This document shows, piece by piece, positions 60,301-64,000 of a DNA stretch of 64,000 nt. How positions within the stretch are numbered: the first letter of the stretch is position 1; each line of letters starts with the position of its first letter. Below the pieces are notes generated by a model that saw nothing but the letters and a program-made list of their open reading frames with translations, ran no database searches and was not told where the DNA came from. This DNA is from Geosiphon pyriformis uo1 (Eukaryota; Fungi; Glomeromycota). Location: the NCBI GenBank assembly GCA_016748015.1, contig JAAOMT010000448.1, positions 121,834-185,833 of the forward strand, read 5' to 3'. The translations under genes and the position numbers were made by a program.

Positions 60301-62693
60301 TCATAATGACACAGGTTTTTTCGAAAATGTTCACGGTAAATTGGCTGATTGATAAATTTCTATTGTCTTTTATTACTTTTAAATATATATATTATTTTTA
60401 TCCTAGGATTTATAATCCATATGAATGCAATGTGGGAAACCATTGACGCACGAGGAAGTTTTTTGCATTTCGAAAATTTTAAAACAATACAAAAGTGGAA
60501 TTTAATGCAGAATTTTGTTGAAGCGCAACGAATTGCTTTTCTCGAGCCTTTCAAGAAAGAAGCAATAGAAAAAATGAAGGAAAAAATCAATAAACTGAGA
60601 TCAAATCTGACTAGCTACATTGAAATCAAGGAGGAATATCAAGAGTATCTTAAGATTTCCTCTGACAACTTTGCCAGTAGTGCGGTTGATGATTTTTTTC
60701 AAAAAGTAGGAATTCAAATTGATGATGTCATAAAGGATGAAGGCAAAACGCTCATTTGTGGTATGTTCATGACGGAGAAATTAGAGCTTGAAGCAAAATG
60801 GCGTGAAAAAGAGCTTTCTTTTAAAGAAAAAGCACTAATAAATAACGCAGAAAAGACCTTCAATGAAACTATTCAGCGATACAATACACTTTATGAAGCA
60901 GCAAAACTACAAAGTGATCAAGAAAGGACCCAAAAATTGTTCAATGAAGCATGGGGCGATGTAGAAAGTTTCCACAAGACTTCTATGGAAAATATGGTAC
61001 TCGGTAAACATCAGCTGCAGGAGCGTGTGGTTGATTCTTTCAATCGTGCTATTCAACGTGGCCAAAGCAATGTTAAAAAACACGACCTAGAATCCAAAAT
61101 GCAATTTGAACGAAAATTCTGGATGAAGTTAGAGAAGCCTGCGACATTACAACAATATTCTGTAACTGATCTTCAGGAGGAACTCTTCAAGAACATTGAG
61201 ATAAAGACAAAGACAGTGCCAAGTGGTTTAATGTCTATTATTACAAAATTAAGAAGTAATGAGAATGAAAAGCAAAATATGAAGAACAAAGCTGCAATGG
61301 CTATTCTTGATCAGGTTTCCCTTCTATGTGAAACAATTTGCAGCCAAATTACGCATCAAAAAATCTTGAGGAATGAGTATGATGAAACTTTTCAATGGCT
61401 TCGAAAGCTTTCGGATGGTTTATTTTACTTTCTGACTAATGAATTCAATACTCCAAATGCCCGATTTGTTCCTGAGCTAAATGATTTTAACATAATTGAG
61501 GTAAACTATTGATCTGGATGCGTCTTTGACGTTTTGAAAACATTGCTTAATCAAGTTCTCTTTAGAAATTTTACCGATGGCAAATTTATGCAACTTTGGA
61601 AAAGAATAATCAACGATGGCATGCAGAACAAGCGAAAAAATTACAAAAATACAAAGACGAACTTCAAATAAATTTTAGAGAACTTGTGAAAAATAACTTT
61701 TCTTTTCATTGTCACTCCAAAAACTTTTCAAAACACATAATCAATCAATTGGAAATAACCCTTATTACACTCCAAAATAGCGTTCAAAATGATGTCGATG
61801 AATACATCAAACGTTGGGTTACTAAATATGGAGCCACCAATGAAGCGCACCAACGCAGTTTTGGTAAGCGTGATAAAGGTGCGGCACGCTGGTATATAAA
61901 TAATCAAAGAGGATATCTAAAGCATGTTTTCAATGAAGAATCCAAAAAAGTTCTTGAAGAGATTAAAAAGAAAAAAGTCAGGGACATTATAGAAAAGATT
62001 GAAAAAACCCAAACTTCTCTCATATCCCTTATTGATGAAGATTGGTGTGGAAGCTCTTCAGCCACTCTTGAAGAGATTATTTCCAAACACAAACATTCTT
62101 CTATATCAAAGAATGTTCATGAGTATGTAGAAAACTTCTCATTTGCTGGTTCTTGTCGAATAAGTAAATCATCAGCAATCTGGGATCCACTCAAGCGAGA
62201 TCTAGCCAGTGAGTTCAAGCTATTGTTAGAAAATTGGAAAAGAGACGCAAATTCTCGCGTTGAATCCGACATTAAAAATAATATCCGGGTAAACTGGGAT
62301 AAAGTCGAAGGCTGTCCAGCATGTTGTCCTGTCTGCAAGGCAAAATGTGAACTTCCCCAAGGTGATCATACTCATGAGACTTCGACACACATCTTGGCTG
62401 CTTTCGGTGGTTATAGGGGGGAGATTACTGGGCAGGCAACTTTAGTTGTTTGTTCTGAAACAGCCGCACGTGATAAGCACATATGGTGGAGTCCTCTTTT
62501 GGAAAAATATGTGGGAATCAATGAATTAATGCAAGCAAACCAGCCTCCCTGGAAACCGATGTCTTTTGATTTAATTCAAGAAGAACAAGCGAAAAATATG
62601 AGATATATTTGGTGGTACTTGAGAAAAGAGTTATGTGAAAAGTATGATATGATAGATTCAACTCCAAGTGATTGGGAGAGATATTCTCGGTAA
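57322..62693 (+). CDS. Very large inducible GTPase (VLIG / GVIN1-like), ~1607 aa, 8 exons
   Basis: Exons 57322-57324, 57396-57447, 57533-59231, 59303-59539, 59628-60144, 60242-60335, 60407-61500, 61566-62693 (4824 nt; first two exons tentative). G1 ISVIGLESSGKSTLLNYLF, G2 SAGRCTKG, G3 LLILDSEG, FD.KIT; C-terminal GCPACCPVCKAKC..H.H..H..C typical of VLIG proteins. Confidence 0.85.
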
Positions 62694-64000
62694 ATGTGAA
62701 GTTATTTCTCAGTGATATTCTTTAAACCATAGCCATAGAATTCAAAATATTTGATTTTGAATATTCTTTTAAAGCCTTAAAATGCGGGAATTTTGTACTT
62801 AGATTTTATATAAGATATTTTATTAGATTTATGAAACTAAATGTCAAAGGTAGCTTTTTTCATAAATTGACAACCGAATCAAATTCAAAATAAAACTACA
62901 ATTACTCTTTTATTAGCAAAAACATGTCAAATATTTTATGTTTTAGTACTCTAACCCAAAAGAACTAGTAAAAAAGAAAAAAAACTGGGTAAGAATAATC
63001 CGAAAATTAAAATAATTTTGGAATAAAATACAAAGATTACAAAGTAAAATATAAAATAACTAACAATGCATGGTTGAACTCCCAAAAAAGGTTATTATTT
63101 TTAAATAAAAATTGTGCAAACCAAAATTTTTTTACTAGTTCTATTAATTTTAAATATGGTATTATTATAATTATTAGAAAATTCGTTTACTATAAATATT
63201 CCCTCAAATAAATTACAACCCAAGAATGGCTAATTTAAGCTCACTATATATATTTTTTCAAGATCGAATAAATGAAAGACTTTTATTTGTAAGAATAGCT
63301 GGATAATTGAAATAAATTAGTAAAAATATTTAAACAAAAATTTTCAGCACAGAATATTTTGAAAAACCTAAAATTATTGCATTATTCAATTTTGTTACTG
63401 CCAAAAAGTTCAGGAGAAATTACAGGAGACTATAGTTTAAGAAATTAAGTACATAAAAGAAAATACAAAAGGTTATAAGAAAATATAAATTCTAAAGATA
63501 ATTCATCCAAGTACAATTTATAAAAGTTGTTTTCAATAAAATATTAATTTAAAACAGAATTAATATATTTATTTAATATATTTTTTATTTATTAAAAAAT
63601 AATCAATTAAAAAGTTTTTTTAATTAACAAAATTTTATTAACTATTATTAGTAAATATAAAACTTTACACAAATTCAAATGAAAATAAGATGTCGTAATA
63701 TTTTTCACAATTTATTTTCTATTTTTTTTTTGAGACAACCTTAACTCGAGACTTTAAAAATTTCAACCTTTTAATACAAACTTTGCAAATTTGAATTATA
63801 ATAAATTTTAAATAAAAAAAAACCACAAATGTTATTAATAACGAGAAAATATTTCGCATTGATTTTTGTCTTTATCAAAACATGAACTGTGTTTGATAAA
63901 TTTTAAAAAAAATTTATCACAAATTCATTATAAAAAAAAACATGAAAGTTTAAATCATAAAGAAAACGTTATAAACATTGCACAAAATCCATAAAAAAAA

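Overview
Eukaryotic (fungal) genomic DNA with short GT-AG introns. The TE families and gene style suggest Glomeromycotina/Mucoromycota, resembling Geosiphon-type repeats (inference, no search run). Much of the window is transposon-derived: four copies of an APE-RT-RNaseH LINE (one full length at ~38956-45736; one at 1-12868 split by two nested LTR elements), three two-LTR Ty3/gypsy-type elements of the TGTTAC...GTAACA class, an eroded solo LTR, a hAT transposon end and several very AT-rich deserts. At least one desert segment aligns by eye to an LTR family in the window and differs mostly by C>T/G>A changes, pointing to RIP-like or methylation-driven repeat erosion. Four intact multi-exon host genes were rebuilt by hand: a PD-(D/E)XK/Crinkler-like nuclease gene, mitochondrial ribosomal protein mL46, a disordered CAAX-tailed protein and a ~1600-aa VLIG/GVIN1-like very large GTPase. 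Most striking: (i) a ~43-unit, two-type repeat array filling the nuclease gene's 1.8-kb first intron, apparently built from amplified branch-point/polypyrimidine sequence; (ii) LTR target-site duplications all compatible with a CG-centred 4-mer; (iii) an extra non-env ORF3 in two gypsy elements.
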